In this document: in pieces, positions 9,700 through 18,129 of the stretch
Numbering within the stretch: position 1 is the stretch's first letter
Layout: the number at the start of each line of letters is the position of its first letter
DNA from: an uncultured Verrucomicrobiae bacterium
GTDB taxonomy: Bacteria > Verrucomicrobiota > Verrucomicrobiia > Chthoniobacterales > JAFAMB01
Assembly: GCA_963762565.1 (NCBI GenBank)
Contig: CAVXLD010000003.1
Span: 640,001-704,000 of the forward strand
Direction: 5' to 3'
DNA length: 64,000 bases
Translations under genes and position numbers: made by a program
The notes under the pieces: generated by a model
What the model was told of the DNA's origin: nothing
Database searches by the model: none
The model's input: the letters and a program-made list of their open reading frames with translations, nothing else

Positions 9700-12021
9700 A
9701 TGGAGGATGTCGCCGATGCTGTCTTTGGATCCTGGTCGATCCAATTCTGGCCGACGATTGGACTGATATTCCTCGCGCTGATTTATTTTCGTGGCTGGCT
9801 AAAGCTGCGGAAACAGGTTCCTCACCGGTTCGACGGATGGCGCCTCGCGTCGTTTCTCGGAGGCGTTGGCACTGTCTTTCTGGCACTGGATTCGCCACTG
9901 GATACCTTCTCGAATCTTCTGCTCCAGGTGCACATGATCCAGCACCTCCTGCTGATGATGATCGCACCGCCACTTTTTTTGCTGGCGAACCCGTTTTTGC
10001 CGCTATTAATCGGGCTTCCGCGTCCGGTTGTTCGCGAGTGGATTCGTCCGTTTCTGCTCTGGACGGCATGCAAGAAGTTGGGGCGATGGTTAACCCACCC
10101 GAAGGTCACATGGATCCTCTTTGTGGTGATGACTTTGGGCTGGCATGCTCCTCCGCTGTATGAGCTGACTTTACGCTCACCAACCTGGCACATGGTTGAG
10201 CACGCCTGTTTCCTGGGATCGGGTGTCCTCTTTTGGTGGCCTGTGGTTCTGCCTTGGCCCAGCCGTCCGCAATGGCCGGAATGGGCCGTCATCCCGTACC
10301 TTCTACTTGCCGACGTTGCAAACACTGTTTTGTCAGCTTTCTTGACTCTTTCCGATCGGGTCCTCTATCCGACTTACAGCCTCGTTCCTCAGTTCCCGGG
10401 CATGAACCCACTAAGCGATCAGCATGCCGCTGGCGCGATCATGTGGGTGCCGGGCTCCATCATTTATCTCATCCCTGCCGGCATCCTGGCGATGCGATTT
10501 CTTTCTCCAAGGCGCCAGATCCCCAGGCGGCTAACTCCGGTCGGAAATCTGGCGCTAACGTCCAGCGGACGCGGGACGAAGCCGATCCTTGGTGCAAGCA
10601 GAGCGGCGTCATCTAAGACCAAAGGAGTTGATCTCCTCGCATTGCGTTGGGTAGGGCGATTGATCCGGTCGCTCGCATTTCGACGGGTTCTTCAGTGCGT
10701 TCTTTTTGGCTTAGCCATATTCATTGTGGTCGACGGACTCTTTGGGCCGCAGATCGGTCCAATGAATCTGGCCGGGACATTACCCTGGACGCATTGGCGA
10801 GGCCTTAGCGTCTTAGCTCTGCTCGTGATCGGGAACTTCTTTTGTTTTGCTTGTCCATTCACCTTTGCTCGCGATCTTGCCCGGCGCATCCTGCCGGGGA
10901 ACCGGCAATGGCCAAGATGGCTACGCACGAAGTGGATCTCGGTTGCATTGCTCGGCATTTACCTCTGGTCTTACGAAGCCTTTAGCTTGTGGAATAGTCC
11001 ATGGCTCACGGCTTGGGTCATCATCGGATATTTTGTGGCGGCCATCGTTGTGGATGGATTTTTCCGCGGCGCCAGTTTCTGCAAATACGTCTGTCCGATT
11101 GGCCAATTTCACTTTGTGCAGTCGCTGGTTTCACCGTTCGAAGTGAAGACGCGCGATGTGGATGTCTGTCGCAGCTGTAAGTCGTTTGATTGCATTAAAG
11201 GAAATGAGCAACAACGCGGCTGCGAATTACGGCTGTTTCAACCAAAGAAAGAAAGCAATTTAGATTGTACCTTCTGCCTGGATTGCGTGCGCGCATGTCC
11301 GCATGACAATATCGGGATCATCGCAGTAACACCAGGCCGTACGTTAGTCCGGGACCAGTTTCGTTCATCAATTGGCCGGTTTGCTCAAAGAACCGATTTG
11401 GCGGTTCTGGTACTGGTTCTCGTTTTTGGCGCGTTCCTCAACGCTGCTTCGATGACTTTACCGGTCGAAAACGCCCTGAGCTTTTCTCGTCTGACGCTCG
11501 ATCTGATTCCGCGCCCGGTTATTCTTTTCATCTTCTTCGCCCTGGCGCTCGGATTATTGCCGTTGGTCGCTGTCACCGGTTGCGCATTCGTCAGCCGGCG
11601 GTTCGGCGCTATCACTACATCTTGGCGGGCAATCACATGCCGGTTTGCCATGACCTTCGCGCCGCTGGGTTGCGCCATGTGGTTAGCCCATTTTGGGTTT
11701 CATCTTTTCACTGCTCTACTGACGCCGATTCCAGTCATTCGACGGGTTTTTCTAGACCTTCATATCGCTACAACCGGCTCGCCGTGGTGGAGTCTGCGCA
11801 TGCCCGCGATCCCGCAGTTGCTGGATTTTCAATGCCTGGCATTGGATCTCGGGCTACTGGCTAGTTTGTATTTTGCCTGGAAAGTTTCGCGCGCCTTAGT
11901 GGCAGCGAACCGAAAAGCGCTGGGTGCTTTTTTGCCCTGGGGCGTTCTACTTACTTCGCTTTATCTCTGCGGGATTTGGATCGTCTTTCAGCCGATGGAA
12001 ATGCGGGGAATGCTGCATTGA
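9700..12021 (+). CDS. ctaG: caa3-type oxidase assembly factor CtaG fused to a NapH/MauN-like 4Fe-4S membrane domain
   Basis: HMIQHLLL, WHAPPLY, HMVEH, LSDQHAAGAIMW; then CFACP, FCKYVCPIG, CRSCKSFDC, CTFCLDCVRACP. Confidence 0.85.
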   Translation: MEDVADAVFGSWSIQFWPTIGLIFLALIYFRGWLKLRKQVPHRFDGWRLASFLGGVGTVFLALDSPLDTFSNLLLQVHMIQHLLLMMIAPPLFLLANPFLPLLIGLPRPVVREWIRPFLLWTACKKLGRWLTHPKVTWILFVVMTLGWHAPPLYELTLRSPTWHMVEHACFLGSGVLFWWPVVLPWPSRPQWPEWAVIPYLLLADVANTVLSAFLTLSDRVLYPTYSLVPQFPGMNPLSDQHAAGAIMWVPGSIIYLIPAGILAMRFLSPRRQIPRRLTPVGNLALTSSGRGTKPILGASRAASSKTKGVDLLALRWVGRLIRSLAFRRVLQCVLFGLAIFIVVDGLFGPQIGPMNLAGTLPWTHWRGLSVLALLVIGNFFCFACPFTFARDLARRILPGNRQWPRWLRTKWISVALLGIYLWSYEAFSLWNSPWLTAWVIIGYFVAAIVVDGFFRGASFCKYVCPIGQFHFVQSLVSPFEVKTRDVDVCRSCKSFDCIKGNEQQRGCELRLFQPKKESNLDCTFCLDCVRACPHDNIGIIAVTPGRTLVRDQFRSSIGRFAQRTDLAVLVLVLVFGAFLNAASMTLPVENALSFSRLTLDLIPRPVILFIFFALALGLLPLVAVTGCAFVSRRFGAITTSWRAITCRFAMTFAPLGCAMWLAHFGFHLFTALLTPIPVIRRVFLDLHIATTGSPWWSLRMPAIPQLLDFQCLALDLGLLASLYFAWKVSRALVAANRKALGAFLPWGVLLTSLYLCGIWIVFQPMEMRGMLH

Positions 12022-12171
12022 ATGACAAATGGCAAATGACGGATGACAAATTCGTTCGGCTCTGCCGAAACAGATTGCTCTTCGAAATGGACTCCCAAGA
12101 CACGGAACGCGGTGCTTCGTGCGGACCGCTGAATTGGTCATCTGTCATCTGTCATTTGTCATTTGTCATTC
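12020..12171. repeat. Heptamer-armed palindrome (AATGACA)n/(TGTCATT)n
   Basis: gaatgacaaatggcaaatgacggatgacaaat ... ggtcatctgtcatctgtcatttgtcatttgtcattc. Confidence 0.88.
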
Positions 12172-12716
12172 TTTTGATCTCGCTGTGTTTGGCGGGTAAT
12201 GCGTTCGGGGATGGGGGCTCGGTGCAGCTGCATTCGGTGAGCGGTCCGTTCGAGATCACGCTTTTTACTGAACCGCCTTTGCCAAGAGCGGGTCAGATCG
12301 ATTTTAGTGTTTTGATCCAAGACGCGAAGAGCGGGCAGCCAGTGATGGATGCGACGGTGATGTTAGCGCTTACGCCGGCGCGGGTTCATCAAAATTCGCA
12401 ACCGGCCTGGTATCCGCCCAGTTGCGTGGTCAGTCAGCCGGCGAATTTAGCAGCCGTGCCGCTTCTCCATTCCGGAGCATCGAATCGTCTGCTTTACGGT
12501 GCACTCGTAGAAATACCGGCTGCCGGAGTTTGGCAGGCGCGAGCTTCGGTTCAACGGGGTGATGAACATGCGAGCGTTGAGGGAAACGTGGATGTGGCCG
12601 ATCCCTTCCCGCCAGTCGCTAATTATTGGCCCTTGTTTCTTTTTCCGGTTGTGGCCATCGGACTTTATGTTTTGCGTGGGCACATACTTGGTGGGGCGAG
12701 GCTCCCGAATGGCTGA
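12036..12716 (+). CDS. Exported, C-terminally anchored beta-rich protein (FixH/YtkA-like accessory)
   Basis: Signal-like LLISLCLAGNAFG, then GPFEITLF, FSVLIQDA, GVWQARASV and a C-terminal TM helix. Start uncertain because it falls inside a repeat. Confidence 0.6.
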   Translation: MTDDKFVRLCRNRLLFEMDSQDTERGASCGPLNWSSVICHLSFVILLISLCLAGNAFGDGGSVQLHSVSGPFEITLFTEPPLPRAGQIDFSVLIQDAKSGQPVMDATVMLALTPARVHQNSQPAWYPPSCVVSQPANLAAVPLLHSGASNRLLYGALVEIPAAGVWQARASVQRGDEHASVEGNVDVADPFPPVANYWPLFLFPVVAIGLYVLRGHILGGARLPNG

Positions 12717-12923
12717 GAAAATCGACAGGGCAAATCGGCTTCGTATAGATACCGTGAACAGCACCGATTCGCTGCCGAGCCGATCCCAGCGCCTGGCATC
12801 GCGAAGAAGGTGGCAAACCCTGGGCTCGGCTCGGCAGGTAAGTCGGTGCTGCTTACGATGTCTTCAGGAAGCCGATTTGCCTTGTTCGATTTTATCGGCC
12901 ATTCCGGAGCCTCGCCCCACCAA
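12688..12923. repeat. REP-doublet-like palindrome, family 1, copy b
   Basis: TTGGTGGGGCGAGGCTCC / GGAGCCTCGCCCCACCAA with inner CTGCCGAGCCG / CGGCTCGGCAG; arms are complementary over most of the length. Confidence 0.9.
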
Positions 12924-13018
12924 ATCAGGCAGCCGCCGTTGACGTCGTTGGGCAGGTTCCATACTGTGCCGCGTGTTTAATTGACCTGCGCCTTGAGCGC
13001 TGATGTGTCTTAAAGCTT

Positions 13019-14329
13019 GTGAAAGTATTTCGTTTTATTTTTATCGCACTTGTCGGCGTCGTTTTGATTCTGGGGGCGGCCTGGTTTGGAGGATCTTTCT
13101 TTCTCGGCAGCAATATCTTCCGGCACTGGATCAATGGCAGTGTCAATCGAGCTCTCCAAACCGGCGGGACCTTGGCTCCGATCAGCGCTACCGGGGGCGC
13201 TCTTTATTCGGCCAATTATTCGGGCAAGGGTAAATCAAAAACCCATGTCGCTTCTGTCCAAGCAAAAGATCTTTCCGCTCGACCAAATTGGCCGAGGCTT
13301 CTTTCGGGTGTCTGCGATTTCAACGATGTCCTGATTAAAAACATTGATCTGGTAATTGGAACTCCGGCCCCTGATACGCCGAATAGCAAAACGCCGGAGC
13401 ACCATTCGTTCGGCATTAAGTTGCCCAGCTTTCTCCGGCCGAAATTCGACGTGCATCGAGTGTCGGTAAATCAAATCAACCTGCGTTGGTCCGCGGGCGA
13501 CAAACCAGCCGAAATCACAGGCATGCAGGCTGCGGCGGTCCATCAGGGAGATAAACAATGGGATTTCTCCGCTAACGGAGGGACGCTGAATTCCAGCGGC
13601 TGGCCTGCTTTCCAAGTCGATCAGGCAGCGGGTTCCTATCAGTCAGCGGCAATCACCCTGACACAAGCAAAACTAGTCGTTCCGACCGGCGGCTCAATCG
13701 CGGTGAATGGATCGGTCGATTTACAGGGAAGGCGCCCATACAAGTTCCACGGCGATCTGGCCGGACTTTCGATGAGCGACTTTCCGCCAACGAAGTGGCA
13801 TCTCCAAGGACTCGCTTCAGGGAGCCTGGATTTCACTGGGGACCTGGCAGATTCAGACTCCGGTCGAATTGTGGGGGCCGTACATCTAGACAAAGCCAAG
13901 TTGGATTGGTCGCTCTTATTCGGAAAAGTGCGCAGCTTGGTAAAGCAGATAGGACTGAACGATTGGCAGCTCGACAGCGTTGATGTGCAGATCAACGGCC
14001 ATGGTCAACATTTAGAATTTTCGAATTTATCGGTGAAATACCAAGATCTCTTAAGGGTTGAAGGAGGTGGTACAATCGACGGAGACCAGATCAAAGCCAA
14101 TCTGACGATTGGCCTATCATCTAGTCTTCTGGGTTGGTTACCTGGGGTTCAGCAGAAAGTTTTTACCGAGCAGCGAGACGGCCTGTGTTGGGCTCAAATG
14201 CAGGTCGCCGGTCCTTTGAATGATCCGAAAGAGGATCTTTCCAAGCGGATCTCTGATGCACTCTCTCAAGGGATGTCTAATCAGCTAAAGAGCCAGGCCA
14301 AAAGCTTGCTGGATCTGCTCGGGCGCTAA
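13019..14329 (+). CDS. AsmA-like beta-rich envelope protein
   Basis: N-terminal TM anchor, beta-strand-rich body, C-terminal VAGPLNDPKEDL. Confidence 0.6.
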   Translation: MKVFRFIFIALVGVVLILGAAWFGGSFFLGSNIFRHWINGSVNRALQTGGTLAPISATGGALYSANYSGKGKSKTHVASVQAKDLSARPNWPRLLSGVCDFNDVLIKNIDLVIGTPAPDTPNSKTPEHHSFGIKLPSFLRPKFDVHRVSVNQINLRWSAGDKPAEITGMQAAAVHQGDKQWDFSANGGTLNSSGWPAFQVDQAAGSYQSAAITLTQAKLVVPTGGSIAVNGSVDLQGRRPYKFHGDLAGLSMSDFPPTKWHLQGLASGSLDFTGDLADSDSGRIVGAVHLDKAKLDWSLLFGKVRSLVKQIGLNDWQLDSVDVQINGHGQHLEFSNLSVKYQDLLRVEGGGTIDGDQIKANLTIGLSSSLLGWLPGVQQKVFTEQRDGLCWAQMQVAGPLNDPKEDLSKRISDALSQGMSNQLKSQAKSLLDLLGR

Positions 14330-14333
14330 AAGC

Positions 14334-14825
14334 ATGGGTACTACTACGCCGATCTACCGGCCCAACGTCGCTGCGATCATACGGCGTTCCGACCATAAGA
14401 TCCTGGTAGGAGAGCGGTCGGACCGGCCCGGATCGTGGCAATTCCCGCAAGGCGGCATCAAGCCGCGAGAGACTCCTGAACAAGCGCTCGAACGAGAGCT
14501 ACTCGAGGAAGTAGGCCTTTCCGGTGGATCTTATCGTATCATCGAGCGCAAGGGACCTTACCGTTATCTGTTTGGCGAGGGCAGGACCAAGGAGGGGTTT
14601 CACGGCCAAGAACAGATTTATTTTCTAGTCGAACTATTGGCGGGTTATCGACCTAAACATGAAACCAGCGATCCCGAGTTTCGTGCACTCCGTTGGATCG
14701 TCCCATCGGAATTCAATATCCAATGGGTGCCTCCCTTTAAGCGCGAGGTTTACCGGCAGGTGCTTGGCGTTTTCTTTGGCGTTGAAACGCTGGCCGGCGA
14801 AGGGAGCGACGGAGTAGTGGAGTAA
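14334..14825 (+). CDS. Nudix hydrolase (RppH-like)
   Basis: YRPNVAAII, WQFPQGGI, Nudix box RELLEEVG, GQEQIYF, PFKREVY. Confidence 0.88.
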   Translation: MGTTTPIYRPNVAAIIRRSDHKILVGERSDRPGSWQFPQGGIKPRETPEQALERELLEEVGLSGGSYRIIERKGPYRYLFGEGRTKEGFHGQEQIYFLVELLAGYRPKHETSDPEFRALRWIVPSEFNIQWVPPFKREVYRQVLGVFFGVETLAGEGSDGVVE

Positions 14826-14967
14826 TCGAGTGCTGGAGTAATGGAGTGCTGGAGTGCCGGAGTAATGCCTCTAGAATTGCCGCGGATCGAGTTGGGTTGC
14901 GGAGCCGATAGCCACGACGCCTCATTCCACCACTCCATTACTCCACTGCTCCGTTACTCCATCACTC
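14803..14967. repeat. Octamer-armed palindrome (GGAGTAAT/GGAGTGCT)n / (ACTCCATT)n
   Basis: Left arm 14803-14867, right arm 14923-14967; the left arm contains the Nudix stop codon. Confidence 0.88.
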
Positions 14968-15053
14968 TGTTGGGCAGCCGTTGTGAGATTTTTTTGATGA
15001 GGTGACCACTTTCCTTTTGACTATGCGCTCTAATTCCGGCATCACCATGACGT

Positions 15054-15149
15054 ATGCTGACCTTGGGAATGTTCCTCTTTTTGGGCTCTGCTCTCTTGGG
15101 CTGTGTATGGTGGGTGTGCATCAAGGACGACCCCGATCGCACGCGGTGA
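15054..15149 (+). CDS. Candidate 31-aa single-TM small protein
   Basis: MLTLGMFLFLGSALLGCVWWVCIKDDPDRTR, read by hand; below the ORF-track cutoff. Confidence 0.35.
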   Translation: MLTLGMFLFLGSALLGCVWWVCIKDDPDRTR

Positions 15150-15420
15150 TCCGAACTAACTAACGACGCTTATCTGTTTATACTGGCTATACCAATCGCG
15201 AAAGGCGGTGTCCCCCCTCAAACAAAAAATTCTCTACCGCCAGCCTGTCGCAAAATTGCTCCGTAAGAGCCAGATCCTTATAGCTCCAGACGAAAAACTG
15301 GACGAGGGAACCGCCTATCCGTAACGCCGAAGCAGGGGGCCCAGAGCCGTCGCATGAGTCTTGGCCCTTTTGCCGATGGTACTTGCTAATTAGTCGGCTT
15401 TCGGAGAACATCGTGTTGCA

Positions 15421-15969
15421 ATGAAATCCATCGGCTGGTCCCGGTTCAGTTGGGACCCGAAAGATCTGCCTGAGACCAGCCGGTACATCATAACTGAGAC
15501 CTACAGCCTCCGGACGGCGAGCCGGCAGGAGAAGTCACTCATTCACCAGGTCATTAAGAGCTGCTTCGCTCAGGAAGCCTGTTGGAACGTTGTGGCCTCA
15601 AAGCTAATGCCGCGGCTGCAACAGGAAGTAGAGGACAAATTCGCTCACCATCGCGAAGGCGATTGTTTGGTGATTACGCACGGGAATCGAGTCATTGCTG
15701 CCTCGATCGTTGATACCAGTGCCGGTAGCGATAATCACTTGATAACCGGCCCCTGTATCACTGTGGAATACCGGAGCCGCGGCTTTGGTGCGCTGCTGCT
15801 GAAGGAATCATTATTGCTAGCAGCACAGGGTGGCGCCGAAGTTCTATTCGGCCTTACCCGTGCGAATAGTCCGGCTGCAAGATTTGTGTATCCGAAGTTC
15901 GGTGGGGTGGCCGTTCCATACGAGTTCGACCTTGGCCAATCCAGCCTCAGTCACTGGACCGTTGGTTGA
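15421..15969 (+). CDS. GNAT family acetyltransferase
   Basis: Acetyl-CoA motif YRSRGFG and NSPAARFVYPKFG. Confidence 0.75.
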   Translation: MKSIGWSRFSWDPKDLPETSRYIITETYSLRTASRQEKSLIHQVIKSCFAQEACWNVVASKLMPRLQQEVEDKFAHHREGDCLVITHGNRVIAASIVDTSAGSDNHLITGPCITVEYRSRGFGALLLKESLLLAAQGGAEVLFGLTRANSPAARFVYPKFGGVAVPYEFDLGQSSLSHWTVG

Positions 15970-15973
15970 AGCG

Positions 15974-16183
15974 TGGTAGGGCGAGGCTCCGGAATAGCCA
16001 AACCGGAATCGCAGGGCAAAATGACGATTCGCTGGTATATCGAACGCACCGTCTAGGAGCTGCCGAGCCGTGCGTCGCGCAACCCACGGCTCGGCAGTTT
16101 TCATGTGTTGCATCTCATATAGCAGCGGAGTTCGCCTTTCCCTTGCGATTCCTGTTTGGCTATTCCGGAGCCTCGCCCTACCA
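15974..16183. repeat. REP-doublet-like palindrome, family 1, copy c
   Basis: 30-bp perfect inverted repeat TGGTAGGGCGAGGCTCCGGAATAGCCAAAC; inner CTGCCGAGCCGTG / CACGGCTCGGCAG. Confidence 0.9.
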
Positions 16184-16233
16184 ACCCCACTTGCAACCCG
16201 CTCCGATCTGCCGATCGTGGATACGTTACCTCT

Positions 16234-17292
16234 ATGGCACGTTTTCCGATTCGGACGACGTTACGCGACATCGCTCAACGAGCTGGCTGCCATTATTCGA
16301 CGGTCTCGCTTGCTTTACGCGAACATCCACGGATTCCGGAAGGGACCCGGTTGCGGATCCAAGAGATCGCTCATCAACTCGGCTATCAGCCAGATGCGAT
16401 GTTAGCTGCGTTATGCGCCTATCGAGAAAAAAAACGAGTCTCTGAACGGCGCGGTGTCATTGCCTGGTTGACGAACCACGCCGCGGAACGGGACTGGCGA
16501 AACTCGGCCTGCAATCGCGATTATTTTGAAGGCGCCGCTGCCCGCGCTGCAGAACGTGGCTACCGTGTGGAATGCTTTTGGCTCGCGGCACCGGGTATGA
16601 CTGGAGCCCGAATGAGCGAGATACTTTGGACCCGCAATATCCAAGGACTTCTAGTACCGCCGCAAGAAGGACTCTGTTCGATCGATATTGCCTGGCACAG
16701 ATTCGCCGCAGTGACCTTCGGCTACACACTGATCGAGCCGAAGTTGCACCTCGTTTCGAACCATGAATACCGGACGATGGGGAAGCTCTTTTCAGAGCTG
16801 CAGCAGCGTGGCTATCTACGTCTTGGCTTGGTGAACCGGCGGGATCACGATGAACGGGTGGATCACAACTGGCTGGCGGCTTATTTAGTGGAACAGAATC
16901 AGCTTCATCGTAAGAACCGTTTGCCGCCCCTGATCGTGGACCAATGGGACGATGAATCCTTTCTCGCTTGGTTCACGGCCTATCGACCGGACGCTATCGT
17001 GACTCGGTTGCCAGAGGTTTTGGTCTCATTGCGAAAAGCCGGCTATCGGGTTCCAGCCGATATCGGCGTTGCCTTTCATTCACTTGATGAAGGGCGTAAG
17101 GGCTTTTCGGGGATGAAGAAAAACTCGTTTCAGATCGGGGTGATGGCGGTTGACCTGCTGGTTGATATGCTGCATCGGAACGAACGCGGTATTCCAGCTA
17201 TCCCGTATCGGCTCATGGTTGAGGGTACCTGGTGTGAGGGGAAGACCTTGCTGACCGGGACTCGCCTGAAGCTAGTTCCGAATGACAAATAA
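16234..17292 (+). CDS. LacI-family transcriptional regulator
   Basis: HTH TLRDIAQRAGCHYSTVSLALR, hinge LGYQPD, C-terminal VPADIG. Confidence 0.92.
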   Translation: MARFPIRTTLRDIAQRAGCHYSTVSLALREHPRIPEGTRLRIQEIAHQLGYQPDAMLAALCAYREKKRVSERRGVIAWLTNHAAERDWRNSACNRDYFEGAAARAAERGYRVECFWLAAPGMTGARMSEILWTRNIQGLLVPPQEGLCSIDIAWHRFAAVTFGYTLIEPKLHLVSNHEYRTMGKLFSELQQRGYLRLGLVNRRDHDERVDHNWLAAYLVEQNQLHRKNRLPPLIVDQWDDESFLAWFTAYRPDAIVTRLPEVLVSLRKAGYRVPADIGVAFHSLDEGRKGFSGMKKNSFQIGVMAVDLLVDMLHRNERGIPAIPYRLMVEGTWCEGKTLLTGTRLKLVPNDK

Positions 17293-17427
17293 CAAAGCTT
17301 CGAGCAAGTTAGCGCGGTCAACAGTTTGACTAAGAGCGCCCGTTGCCGTTTCAACCCGCGCTACTACTCTGGATCTGCAGGATACCGCGTTTTAGCTGTC
17401 GACAACCCGCAAGTGACTCCCCCAGGA

Positions 17428-18081
17428 ATGAATAGCCTTAGCTTGGAAAACATAGAAAGTTCCCTCCGCACGGTTGCAAAAATATCACTCGATAACGAAA
17501 AATTTTTTTGCGACTTAGATGGCGAAATGGGTGACGCCGATTTCGGCAAGACCCTGGCGGATGGGTTTCGTGCCGTGCTGCGCCAACTCGATGGCGACAT
17601 CGATCGTTCGTCGATAGGGACATTCTTAATGAAAGTGGGTTCGGCTTTTGCGGGAAGTGCGGGTGGTACCACCGGACCGATGTGGGGAACCGCTTTTCTT
17701 CGAGCCGGTATCAATTCCAAAGAGAAACAAACGATCAATTTGAGTGACCTCGTGGTAATGGGTCGGGCTGCAATCGCCGGCATGCAGGCGCGAGGCAAGG
17801 CATCGCAAGGCGACAAGACCTTGTTGGATGCGCTGATCCCGGCCGTTGACAAATTGGAGGAATACTCGCATGCGGCGCCCGGTGATTTGGTGCCCGCTTT
17901 CCGGGCCGCGGCTGCGGCTGCAGAAGATGCCATCGAGGGTACGCGCAATTGGACGGCGAAGCGGGGACGGCAATCCTATGCCGGCGACCGGACTATAGGA
18001 ACTCTGGATCCTGGCATCGTCGCGGTGGCGATGATGCTGCGAGCCGTTGCTATCGAACTTGGCACCGAGCCCGCCCACTAA
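17428..18081 (+). CDS. dhaL: Dihydroxyacetone kinase subunit L
   Basis: LDGEMGDADFG, GGTTGPMWG, GDKTLLDAL, AKRGRQSY, DPG. Confidence 0.9.
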   Translation: MNSLSLENIESSLRTVAKISLDNEKFFCDLDGEMGDADFGKTLADGFRAVLRQLDGDIDRSSIGTFLMKVGSAFAGSAGGTTGPMWGTAFLRAGINSKEKQTINLSDLVVMGRAAIAGMQARGKASQGDKTLLDALIPAVDKLEEYSHAAPGDLVPAFRAAAAAAEDAIEGTRNWTAKRGRQSYAGDRTIGTLDPGIVAVAMMLRAVAIELGTEPAH

Positions 18082-18129
18082 AATTCTCGTCCACATCACA
18101 ACCCCCCAACCCAAAAAAGTCGCGACCAA

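Noticed and set aside
16113..16125. 13-bp match between the family 1 copy c spacer and the IS630 right-end region (GCTGCTATATGAG)
   Set aside because: Short, absent from the other copies, and expected by chance in a window this size.
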